This document shows, piece by piece, positions 23,976 through 36,949 of a DNA stretch of 64,000 nucleotides. The notes under the pieces were generated by a model. It searched no databases and was not told where the DNA came from. It saw nothing but the letters and a program-made list of their open reading frames with translations. This DNA is from Callorhinchus milii (taxonomy: Eukaryota), in contig NW_024704743.1 in NCBI RefSeq assembly GCF_018977255.1, positions 29,080,001-29,144,000 on the forward strand, given 5' to 3'. Position 1 is the stretch's first letter, and each line of letters starts with the position of its first letter. The position numbers and the translations under genes were made by a program.

Positions 23976-25239
23976 AACGTTGGAAATCAGCCAGTGGAGT
24001 TTCATTGCGATTCTGAAACACCGAAACCAATAAATTGTTGGACCAAAATTTCATCAAAGTTTACCTGTAAAATCATTTTGTCTTTGAAAATTATGAATTA
24101 TTAAAATTTGTTAAATTCAATCTTAATTTGGAAATTCGTTTTCTGCAAATCTTTAGCAGGACCAGCTTCTGGGGAGGCGCCAGTTTTTTTTGTGTGATAT
24201 GGCATCTCGATCCAGCCCATGAAATGTCCTGAGATAGCCATGTCATTTTCTTTTAAAATCAGAAATTGGATCTTTTTATCTGCAAAATCAAGATCATATA
24301 TACAGAAAAATATACAGACTCTTTCAAAAGGTATCGACCATGCATTGCATTTGTGGTCCACCTGCAGGAGATGGCAGAAATATATCTGTGCAAGAAATAT
24401 GAACAGATAGAATGAAAAGAGTTGGCACTCCTTAGTTAGAAGAGGACAGACTGAGAGGAGAGAAGACAGGCTGAAAAAAATGAAAAGTGGATGTACATTG
24501 GTTATTTTGCATTAATTTCCCATTGAACTTCATTATTTAAATAAGACACAAGCATATATTCTCAGTGTTACAGCGAATTGGTGATCAGTAACATAATAGC
24601 TTATTCGCTCCACCTTGTTCCCTCCTTCCCCTCTTGTAGATTAGGACTGAAGACCTTCCTCTTCGTGTTGTTGTTGGAATCATGTGGCTCAATTCAACCC
24701 CGAACTGCACCCTACCTGCAGGGTGTGGATTGAAAGAGCGCAATCATCTCCTCTGCTATAATCAGCTGGTGGTACAGGAGGGCCTTCCGTCTGCCTTCCT
24801 ACACTGCCTCCAATTGTGCACCATCTCCCTCTGAGAAGAAACCATGCACAGTCAAACGTTTCTGTATCATGGTGGTCTCCATGTCTGGGAAGAGGTGCAA
24901 TCATGAGGGTGTATTTGAATCCCGTGTTGCATGCAGCATCATATTGCAATTGAGCTTACCTTCATGCCAACCTGGAATGCCTGCCTACATCTGCCTGGCC
25001 TACACACCGGGCAATCAAATGGCACTGGCGACACTGCCCAGTCAGTTACCTTCGAGCCAATTCCTCCTGTTCCCTGCATTGCCTTTTTTAATGCTCCCTG
25101 TGATAACAAACCGACCGTGTCTGACTCCATGTATGGCCTCGGCGAGGACCATCTGACTCCAAGAGCTTAAGCTTCTCCCACCGAAACTAAGAGAAACTCC
25201 TCCCAGTCACTTGTTCAAATGTTTTATAAACAGCAGATA

Positions 25240-25358
25240 ATAATAATAATATTAATCCTTGCATTTGATATAGCGCTTTTCATGTCGGGAGGACGTCCCA
25301 AAGCGCTTCACAGAACACACTGTAAAGTGAATTGACTGTATATTTGTGGGCGAACGCC
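25240..25358 (-). mobile_element. 5'-truncated SINE 3' end, inverted relative to the adjacent copy
   Basis: Reverse complement of about 25578-25700. Confidence 0.88.
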
Positions 25359-25378
25359 GTCAAGGCCGCAATCATCAC

Positions 25379-25700
25379 AGTCCTGTAGCTCAGTAGTTAG
25401 AGAACTCGCTTTGCAAGCGAGAGACCTGAGTTCAATTCCAGGCAGAGGGCGAAACCTTGGGCAAGTTTCCTTACTCCACACGCTTAATAATAATCCCTCC
25501 AAAACCAAAAACAATAACAAATTGGTCATTTTCAATCTACGACTGTTTGTGGGACATTGCTGTGCGCAATTGGCTGCCGCGTTCGCCCACAAATATACAG
25601 TCAATTTCACTTTACAGTGTGTTCTGTGAAGCGCTTTGGGACGTCCTCCTGACGTGAAAAGCGCTATATCAAATGCAAGGATTATTATTATTATTATTAT
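25379..25700 (+). mobile_element. tRNA(Ala)-derived SINE, version A
   Basis: Full-length copy with (ATT)n tail. Confidence 0.92.
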
Positions 25701-28654
25701 CACCTCGATCTGCTTCTAAAGTGGTCCCAGAGCCTGGCTCTGAAAGCAGTTTCTGGTTGGGCATTTAATTTTGAGTCTGCCAGAGACTGACATTCGCAAA
25801 GAAGAATATCACATCACATCGTTACTGTCTTGGCACAAAAATGCGCAAAACACCATGCAGAGCTGCTCTCTCCAGTACCGTTTATCTACTGGCATTTCTA
25901 CCCTAATGTGTCACTACCTAAATAGGAAATCACTCGACTGGAAAAAAAATCAGGTACGTGACAGGGTGTTTGTTGGACTGTACGGATTGCAGAGCAAAGT
26001 ACCTCCCGGGTGAAAGGCGTGGGCATAAGTTTCCCAACAAATTTTGACTAGGATGAGTCAATCATATTGCATTATTCCTTTTGATCTGGATTTAACCTTA
26101 TTTCATTCAAACCTACTTTCTCCAATTCCCCCTAAAGTTAGCAACTTTAATGTTCTTGCAAAACAATATTTTTAAATCTGGGAAGCGTACCTCCGATCAG
26201 CAGCATCGATTACGATGGTGTGCGCGTTGCTCTCCCCAGACATTTCTGGTAATTTTGTACACTGGGCTCTTGTACACTGGTGCAAAGCTCGTGTTGGAAA
26301 AGGCGAGAGAGCCCGACAGGCTGCTTTTGTGTTGTAAATAGGGTATTTTTGCAATCCAAGTACAGTACCACGAGGGAGAGGGTGGTGGTGGGTGTCTGTA
26401 AAGCGCAGATTTGGAAATAGTTCGATTTGATCTTTCATTCTCCCCCCCAAAAAAATACACTATTTCAGCTGCAATCCCAACCGATTGCTCAGACCTTTCT
26501 GTGCAGCCTCCCAGCACCCAGCACCCAGTCCTGTCTCTGCTCTGACGATCACTTTCCACCCACATCTCAATGGCAGCAGTGTGAGAAAGGAACAACGCTG
26601 TGCTTTTAGAAGAAGAAAAGAAACACAGCAGAGCAAACTGTTACCTTTTCCAGTGGCCTGACCTGGAGCTCACCCTTTAATAACAATGACAGTAACACGA
26701 ATCAGAGCTTATCAGCCCAATCTGCTGTGTTATTTTCTCTCTCGCTAGGAATAGAGCCAACACAAACTTAAAACGCTCTTTTTGATTTCTTTTCAAAATA
26801 ACCACACGGGAAACTGTCTTAAGTCCATCTCTTTGTTCGCTGCCCTGTAGGAATTTGTTGTAATGTTTCTCCCCACCCCCCCTCTCCCTCCCTCTCTCTC
26901 TCTTGCTACTGTTATCAGGGACTTTGATCTTTGGCGATCTTTGAGTCAATTTCCCACCCCCCGCCCCGAGAAGGCGCACGTGTGATCAGCATTCACCAAA
27001 GCGCACGGCTACGACCAAAGAAGCACGATCTCCTTCGGGGCAGATTGGGAGGAAGCACATCCCCACAACGCCCGGCTCCCAATCGAGCTTCCAGAGAACC
27101 GTGAGACCTGACTCCGCTGTTCCCTCGTTACACCGGTCCATTTCCCAGTGCCAGACCCACACACCGCAGGGTGAGCTGCCCCATCTGCTGTGTTATGTTC
27201 TCTCTTGTTGAGACCCAATTGTCAGTGCAGTCAGACGCAGAGCCACGGTTAACACCATTACGAGCAAAAGGTTCCAGATAACTACGGCTGATAAAACGTT
27301 AACCATTCAACACAAAAGATATATAATTTTTAAAATAATCTCACATGCATTAAATGTAGAAGCGTTAAATAAAAAGGGAACAGCATGACATGATTTGCGC
27401 ATTTGCACACAAAGTTCTTACTCTGTAACTCTGCAGAATGCAATGCGTTATGTGATTTGCATAACACTTTTCTCTGTATCAGCATCTTTAAAAAGGTGGA
27501 ACTAAACTCCCAGCAAAATACAGCCTATAATTGGCCAATACAAAAATCTCATAACTCCCGAGGGACGCGGGTCCTGTGTGGATTTGAGATGTCCAGGCAT
27601 TAGTAATGAGATTTCAGGTACATCCACTATTATCTCTTCCCCTTCACGAAATGTGATTCTTATTCAACATGTTAGATCGCCCAGAAAATATACAGTCAAT
27701 TTACTTTACAGTGTGTTCTGTGAAGCACTGTGAGACGTCTCAAAGACGTGATCAGGTGATATATGAAATGCAAGAATTATTATTATCTATCACCTTACCT
27801 CGAACTGATTCTATAGAAAAAAAATTGCAATCATGTTGACCTTTATTTCTAAACCGTATATCATTACCTGCCACTATCCAGAAACATATAGAGGTGAACA
27901 CCTTTTTATCTTTTTAAAAAAAATTATACATAATTTTTGAAATTATTTTGTAAATTATGAAGAAGTAGCTTTATTAGTGTGATGAGTGAACACATCTTTA
28001 ACTTGATGTAAAATGATATTTCTCAACTCTTCTGTGGTCTATTTCCTTCCGCAATGCAATACAAATGCTGAATTCACAGCAAATGGCAGCAACAATAAAT
28101 AATATTTGATTTTATTATAGAGCCTTTCCTGTAGGCGAGGACATCTCAGAGTGCTTCACAGGATTTACTGTACTGTACACTAAGTGTAGTGACTGTATAT
28201 CTTGTCAGGGAGCCAATTTGCACACAGCAATGTCGGACTAATTGTATCTGCAGGATTATTGGCCAGGACACCGTGAGATATTCCTTCCGCTGTCTTACGT
28301 TAAGGCAAGTACTGTGAACATTAAGATAGATCTACACCTAATGCTAATATATGTATGTGTACTGTATTGTGCTCGAGTCCTGTTTGCTACCTTTAGCCAC
28401 AACAGCCTTGTCGGTAAACATAAATTTTTCCACCGTTATCAAAATAAAATAAATTTCTGCACTAGTTTGAGTCTAGAAATAAATGTAACAGGTCACCTTA
28501 ATTCATCTCTTTTGTGCGTGCAAAGTTCAATCCAATCCTTGGGAGAAACGGATGGGTTTTGTTTTGGTCATATGGTAAGAGGCAGACAAGTGGATTGAAT
28601 TGTAACTGGATGGATTCGACAAGAGAAGAGGGGAAATAAACCAGCATGAAGTCC

Positions 28655-28688
<34 letters not shown>

Positions 28689-31600
28689 TTATGCATCCAG
28701 CCAGACACTGTGCAGACAAGGTCAGGGTGTGGCAATGGAGTGCGAAATGCGCCATCCAGCGGTGGCGTTATGGCTGCAGTGTAGAAACTGTGTGCGGCCC
28801 ATTGGAGAACTGTTTTTTTTTACTCAACACGACCAGTCAGCCTCTCATGCAGGCATTGGGAACAATAATTGAGAAGGAGGAGGAGGAGGAGGAGGAGGGA
28901 AGAACAACACGCACAAATAAAAACAGTCGCCTTCTCAGATTAATAGCAACCGCATCGTTTGTGTCCTACCAGAGTACACACAATCTGTCAGCACATCTGT
29001 GTACACATGAATGCGTTTTATTTTGTCGCTGCATCAGCAGCAACTATTACCCTCTCCCGTCCTATACAGAGACAGTGTTTCAATCAATGCAGGTGCTTTT
29101 CTGGGCTTTCTCTGTGCCAACCTTCCCTTCCTGGTATCTCTTGCAGTGTTTTCCTATGTAAACTACAGCCTTACGTGTGTATCCAGGCACAGTGCGCAAA
29201 AATAGGCAATTTCGTTCTAAGTATATTGGTTTGATTTGCTGCGTTTCATTTGAGAACACTGTGCAGTGCTCTGAAGAAGGGAGACTATTATTGCTGGAGT
29301 GTAGGATACCGAACATTTAGTCTATGGATCCAGTGACACCCATAATATCAGTAGTCCCAGACCAAGTGCAGTCTGGATTAGATTCAGAACAAAAACACTT
29401 TTCCAACTGTGATCGTCAAGCCCAATAAAAACGGCACTCACAATGTTTTGTTTTCTCTCTGCCTCACTCTGCCCCTGTACCATTTTGCTGAATAAAGCCA
29501 CGGAGCACATCCGCTAAGAATTTGATTGAACCTGAGTTGGAGAGGAGACGTCCACCCAATCGCCCCACCGCCCACCCCATTTATTGGGCTGAACTGCATT
29601 AAAACTCAGAGCCCAGATATGAAAGGCTACTGTCAGAACTGCTGTCCACGTATCACTGCTTTTCTTTTGTTACAACCGGGAGTTTCAGAAGTCAAATATA
29701 CTGTTGATTTTAATACATGAAAAGGGGGACCTTTCTTCGATGTTTGAAAAAGAATAAATGATAGGTGTACCACACCAACAACAACTTGCATTACATTGCC
29801 CTTTGTGTGCAGAACAGTGTCTGCTGTAAATGGTTCGAGCTCAAGACGAATGTGGACAAATTGTTTGAGATTTTGATTTGTCCTAATGGAAATATATACG
29901 ATTTACGATTTCCAAGCCATTCTAATAACATAATAATCCATGCATTTTGATGTAGCGCCTTTAACGTCGAGCCCCTATCAACGTTTTTTTCTGTAAAGTG
30001 TAGTGACTGTGTATTTTTAGGCAAACTTATTCGCTGGTTCATTCCACCTGCTCCAAAAAAAAAATCCAACTTGCCATTAGCCTTACTGTGTTCGCAAACC
30101 AGAAACATTTAAAATAAAATGTGGCAATTCTCATGTTGTAGGTGAAATGAACCCCATCCGCTCTGAAATCGTGGTTTTGGCTATTTGTGTGTTTTTTTTA
30201 AAAAAAAGCATAAATGAAAAGTACAGTATTTGGAGAATTTGTAAATATGCTTTAACTGTAATTTGAAATGTTTTTAAATCGACGCGAATTCGTTGAACAA
30301 ATAAACATCGGGAAATACAGTTTGCAGCCTGTACGCCTCTTCATAACCAACAGCAAAATACTTCACAGCTAAAACATATATGACTTTGAAACGGACTTAA
30401 AATGTGAAAAGTGCTCCCGAAACGCGAAGTTGTATCGTTTTCTTGCAGGATTTCCTCTTACAGAATTACCTTGGAGCAATTGATATTAAAATTCGAGGAC
30501 TAATAGATAGTGTTTTTTTTGTTATAGTCAATATTAAGTTACTACACAGATAGTGCTGTTACAGTCCGCAACGTACTGCTATGCCGTTATACTCCACAAA
30601 TATACAATTTGTCGACAGTATTATAGTCCATCTTTCTCGGTTGTCATTGCGGTTCAGTTTGGCATCAAAACGTTGACGTTAAACACGGATATTGACACAG
30701 AAAGAGGGGAAAGGGAGGCTCTGCTCTGCTGGATCGCGGTGTGTGTCTGTGTATTTTCAATAAATATAAACAATTCGTATTTACAAGACCCGTCTCGTCT
30801 GAACGAGTTGACGAGAGTGGAAATATTATTCTGGTCATTCTCAGGCTGACCACTGACTGGGTTTCAGATTGACGCGAAGCCCTCGAAAAATTAAAACCAC
30901 TGGTTTGCAAAACGGTGCCCCAGTCATAAAAAATATATAACTTTCAATCACCCAACAGTGGCTTTTGAAAGAAGGAACATTCATGCTGTACTGGCAAAGG
31001 AAATTCCAGCTGCAGTTTATCCTCATGAACAGAGATCAATTTACCCGTTACACAGAAACCAGGAGATCCGTGGAATGATATGCATTCCTAATATACCAAT
31101 TGGCTACAAAATAAGCAACACAAATAAATAAAACATTTAGAACATATGTTATGTAAGCAATGGGTTGGCAATGCATCAGATAGTTTACCGGTAGGGAAAG
31201 CAGTAGAAATAGTGTACAGGTTTATTGCCATCGTTTGGGATTTCCTGTTTATTTCTGTTGCTATTTATTTAACAGGGTAGAGTGATGCAAAATGACCTCT
31301 GATCGAGTGCAACATTTTAAATGTGATGTGTAATGAAAATGCAATACGCTTCATAAAGGAAAATATAGCAATTCTCTGTTTCAAAACGCATCAGCAACAA
31401 AGAAGGCAGAGGAGAAAATATCGTTGTCAAGCACTTTCCGCCGTCCAGCTGCACATTGACATTCTGCAGAATAAAACGGTCTTATCTATGAATTGGGGTC
31501 GTGTGTGTGTTTCTTTTAAAAGAACACGAAGACTTTCCAATGCTGCACTTTAACTCGTGTTAAACGTCGGTAATTGCCTGCAAAGGTAGAGAAAGCAGAG

Positions 31601-32787
31601 AAGTATAAAAAACAGTAAGTATTGTTCAGATGCAATATTTCCTTTCATCAGAATTTCACATTTTAACCATGTTTGGACATAACCGACATGGTATTGGTTT
31701 CTATTGAATTGTTTTGTTTTCTTTCAGGACAGGTTAGGTTAGAAGCTGGGGAAGGTGGGGGTCATCTATTCTCTGTGATAACTATCCCCCCCCAAAAAAA
31801 AAAAAAAATCACTAGATGTTAAATTGTCACTTCGATGAGGGCTTTAAGTACAGTGAAGAAAAAAATGAAATGACCTGCACTGGAATTTGGTGCTGGGTGG
31901 AGAATTATTTGTGGATCTACTGTACATTTACCTGGGTTAAATGCAAGGGATTTATATATTTTGGCAGGAATCAAGTGCTGTAAAGCAAACAAATATCGAC
32001 TGGCTACAGTAAAACTTCACGAGAAAAAGCTTCCCACAAGGAATATTTTCTGCTGCAATGAACTCGCTGTTCGTCGTGCTTCCAACCCACCCAGGGTGAC
32101 AAAAAAAATTAACCTTTTCTCCGTTAAGAAATTAGATTGAAACTTTTCCCCCCAAATCATCCAAAACCCGAATACCGGAGTTTTAAAGAAATCTAAGCAA
32201 ATACACATAAGTTGGCGAGGGAAAGAAACACGCAAGTTGGTTTGGGAGCTCTCGGTGTTTCGGAGACTTTCACGTTTTATTGTGCGTCCCTATTTGTTTT
32301 GACAGCAATCGGGGACAAGATTATATTGGAATTGGAGATGCGTTAAACTCTTGAAGAGAGACAGTGTAAGGATTTCCTGATGGACTGACTGTCTGTCAGC
32401 GTGCACACGCCATCACCAACCCAGGGAGTCAAGCCACTTGAGGATCTTAAAGGAAGCGACCCTGTATAGGCAGGGCAGGGAATCAATCTCTCTGGGGGGA
32501 AAAAAACACGAGTGTGTCCTTAAAAAATAAGGAATCGTCTGTGTGCCCTTTCATAGAGAGAGGGGGGGGGGGGGGGGGGGAGGGGGCGATGCAATCAATT
32601 AATAAATAAAATATGTCGGGTTGCACGTTATCCCCAATGTTGTTGTCACTGCCCGTGAACATTGGAAACCACAATAAAAAACGAAGCGGGTTCTGGCATT
32701 GGCAATGTGTGTTATAACATTGCAAACCCAAATAGTTGGACAGAAATGTGAAATTCCTTCTGGTTTCTATTGCGTTTTGGAAGTGCA

Positions 32788-32817
32788 CAGAGAGAGAGAG
32801 AGAGAGAGAGAGGTGGT

Positions 32818-32849
<32 letters not shown>

Positions 32850-32862
32850 GGGGTTGGGGGGA
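32788..32862 (+). repeat. (AG)n followed by a long poly-G run
   Basis: Read directly from the sequence. Confidence 0.93.
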
Positions 32863-35800
32863 AGAGAGAAAGAGCAAGGGGTGAAAAGAAGATAGGGTTT
32901 AATGTCTGGGTGACTATTTCAGTGATTGATGGACCAGAGTTGAACTCGGGTAAGTGAGTTCCTGTGCTGCTTGGAAAGGTCGAGGTTATTGATAGCGTTC
33001 AACACCGACTGTGAGGAGATTCTGAATCCAGACAAATTAATGCGCTTCGGAATTGCTTGGGTTTACATTCAACACACAAAAAAAACGGGGAGGGAGGACA
33101 GTTCTGTACACAAGTAAGAGGTATGTGTCCCACCAACCATCCTGGGTTATCGAACTAAAACAAAACGATATTTTCCCCCTATGCAAACAGAAAACCGAAT
33201 TTGTTTGCATATGATAAGTTATTTCTCTCAACACAAACACGCAAAGGAAGATTAAATAGTATTCCAGCTTTGGCGTGTGTGTGTGTGTGTCTAAAACCTG
33301 GAAACTGTTAGGAGAGATGAAGTTGTGTGTGTAATATATATATGTGTTTTTAAAAACTGACAATTTTAAAGCACAGATCAGGTAGTTGTAAAAATAAATC
33401 GGGAATATAATTGTGTAAAAGTGTTAGCGATTTCTGCTTCAGGACCATATATTTTTCGACGTATTTGACAGCAAACCTGGCCACAACTCCTGCTCTCTCT
33501 GCAATAAGATCTGCTGTTTATGTGCAATCTGAGACTTAGTTTATCGAAGTCAATTAATTAGATGCTTTCTTATGGGGAAAACACTGGTGACTAGTAGTCG
33601 ATTTTTTGTGTCTCAGTTGCAAGCACCACACAGATTGCCATTTTCTTGCATTCGGCATCATTTTAATCCAATTCCTCTCAGACAATTCACCTCGTAAAAG
33701 GTCAGTGTTTATGTTTTGTTTAAACTACGTTTGTCGGAACCTGATCTTGACAACTCTTGAGTTTCACTCAGACTGAAATGTCACCACACTAACGACAAAC
33801 AACAACTCTCGAAAGAGAAGGAGAGTCCCTTTCATTTCAACTGAGGATAAAATCTCTAAAAATCGATTCTTAAATCGCATTCGCCATCTCAGCAAAACAA
33901 TGAATGCATTTTGCAACGTTTATATGGGTATAACTGAAATCTTCGTCGGGTTTGCGACACTCAATTAAAAAGACACCTGAGGTACTGCGTGTGTAAATGA
34001 ACAATGTTGTAAAAAAAACTAAAAGCTGACTGTCCACCGGCTCTGATTTTATTAATAACAATTATAATCGAACCAATGTAGTTTAGACATAATCATGCAC
34101 ATCATTAATCTCAAGTTAAGTAAAACAAAGTTGCTCTGTCTAGTCTGCCCTAATGCTGTGAATGATGGCAGCTGCTGATAAAACACTTTTTGGAAACGTC
34201 TCAATGCGAGCTGGGGGTCGATAGCGATTCATTCACTTGGTAAATGCATTTTTAAATACGCGCAAAATACTGTATCCGTCGCTTATTTTCTTTTTAAGGG
34301 GTCTTAAGGATCCCAGCAAATAAGGAAGAATTGAGAAAATAAACAACTGGGGTTTGGTGCCTGACCTTAAATGAGTATGTCGCGAAAAGTGTGGAATCTG
34401 AAATGTCTGGAGGCTCCCTGGTATTGCTAGGATTTCATGGTAATATTGGAATAGGGCGCAAAAAAATAATAAAAAAATGCTCGCTTGGTTGTGAGCCAAA
34501 GTGCGTTCAAACGACCTGACTATAACGTGTTACGAATAACACATAACATCACTGTATAATACATTGCTATATATATATTTATTTTTTTTTAAAAAGTATA
34601 CTGTCCGGCCACCCAGCATATATTCATTCCGAGATGCACGGCAATAACTGTATGTCAATAGTAAGTGCATTAATATCATCAGTACTGCCTGGTAGGTGTG
34701 TTTCTGTTTTCTTTCCCTCTCGCCTGTTTTGCTGGTTGAGTCGAGACACAATCGAGTTATTTTGTGCAAATCCCTGTGAGCACCGACTGAGCTCGAAGGG
34801 GGAAGCCGTCGACGCCTGGCTCAGTTAATTTAGCTTTTCTTTGTCTAATTATTGTAGCGCTCAGGGTGGGGGGTGGGAGGGGGTGGGGGGGGGGGGAGCT
34901 GTGCCCGCAGGACCAGCAGTAAGCTGACACCGACTCTCTCTGTGTGTGGTACAGGCACGGTTTGATGGCAAAGGCCTGCTTCCACTCATGTCAGAGCCAG
35001 TTAGCCAGAACAGTACCCCATACACACAAGACCTCGTCCACCACAACCGACTGCAACTTCACCTTTTCTCACTTTTAAAACACCTCTCCCGTCCCCTCTT
35101 TCTCCGCATCCGAGTTATCTTCCAGAATACCCAAATGCCCTTTGATTTTACCATTCCTTACTCTCACTTCCTTCCTTCTGCTCGCCATCCCTTCCCTCTT
35201 CTTCTCCTGTGTCCCATTTCTTTTTTTAGTTTCCTTTCCACAGCGCCTTCTTTCACCAACTTGTTTTATTTTTTCCTGAATTTACCTTATCCAATATCAC
35301 CTTCCAATTATATTAAACACGATCTCTTTGAAACTAAGCCCTTCCAACAACGATTCGTACAGTAGTAACATGTTTCTAATTTGTTCAAAACTGAACGTCA
35401 ATGGTTTCCATTATAATTCCTAAAGATACATTCACCTAAACAGTAAAGTAAATAAACGGCACAAAATGTAGTGGTTATACCCACAGAATCGCTATAGATA
35501 TAGGAATACACACCATATTTTTTTAAAAAATGCTATTGAAAATTCGTCATTATTGGGGTGAAACCTGACTTTGGAAATAAAGCGTTCGACAAAACGAATA
35601 TGTCTGTAAAGTTATGCATTGAGGACAGACGAGACAAACATCACCCTTTTTTGACGGTGCGTTTTGAACGTACGTTGAATGCAACATACACTCAGTGTGG
35701 GGGAGTGTGAAGGGCATATGACTGGGTGCAAATGATCTGTTTGCAGGTACAGTATGGTACTGCTCGTGTACGTGTGAATGTCTGGGAGTGTGCTTTGCGG

Positions 35801-36718
35801 GCATTTATGTAAGTCTTGGTGAAAGAAAAAGGGAAAGGGTGTGGGTAATCATTGGCTATAAAATCACGTTATAAAAACCCTTTTCTCAGATATGCATTCA
35901 CGGGGTTCACAAATTTGGAAACTTAAAACGAACTGATGATTATTTTTGACCTTTGGCAAAATAATGATATGCAGATGATTATTGTATATTCGGATAAAAT
36001 TGGCCATTCACTTCGTGGCTTTTTGTGGACATTTCTGTGCGCAAATTTGCTGGCCTGCAAAACACGCAGTCACTACACTTTACAACAAGCTTTGAGACGT
36101 CCCCTCGGCGTGAATGGGTGGCACCTTTTCAAATGCAAGTATTTTTATGTAGGAAGCAATTAATAGAAGTATCAAACGATCAAACACAACACCCATGCAT
36201 TTTTGGAGCCGTGCTTAAAAAGAATGTGAAATTCGGGAAACCAAGGAGCGAGGCTGTGATGTTGGAAGACCCAATACAATCTTTTGCGGAGCTGTAAAAA
36301 ATATTATTTTTTTTTACTTTCAAAGCAGCAGTATCTAGTTTTAATGCTCAACTCTGTAATTCCAGGTGAATTTCAGACCCACCGCTAAGAAACTGGGGTG
36401 GTCAGCAAACAGCTTACCGCAGGAGAGTGTCAACTGCACAAATAAATACACGAAGCGAGTAAGTGAAATTATGGGGAAGAAACGAATGTGGGGAAAAAAA
36501 AACGAAAACGGGGTTAGGGCTTTAAACGTACTTTGTTAAACATTCCGGGAAAGGGGGGGGCGGGGGGGTGGGAGGGGGGGGGGGGACTGCCACTTTATAA
36601 ACTTTTTATTTTTTTTCCTAAGGAAATGCAGGTTTTTTTTTAGAGAAAGTCTGGGATATTTCAAACGGCATTTGGGATATATTTTTGATAGCCTTGACGT
36701 GAAGCCAATAAAGTGAAG

Positions 36719-36762
36719 TTCTCTCTCTCTCTCTCTTTCTTTCCCTCTCTCTCTCTCTTTCC

Positions 36763-36793
<31 letters not shown>

Positions 36794-36838
36794 TCTCTCT
36801 CTCTCTCTCTTTCCCTCTCTCTCTGTGTGTGTGTGTGT
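36719..36838 (+). repeat. Interrupted (CT)n polypyrimidine tract followed by (GT)n
   Basis: Read directly from the sequence. Confidence 0.95.
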
Positions 36839-36949
36839 ATAACATGTGGCAGCCATGATTGAAATGTCTAAATGAAACTGATTAATGGAGTAATTGCGTG
36901 GATCGAATGGCTGTTGGCGACAAGCTGGTGTATAAAATAAAACAAAAAA

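Noticed and set aside
28646..29161. 171-aa ORF
   Set aside because: Built from (ATT)n and (GAG)n repeats plus random-looking sequence, with no domain.
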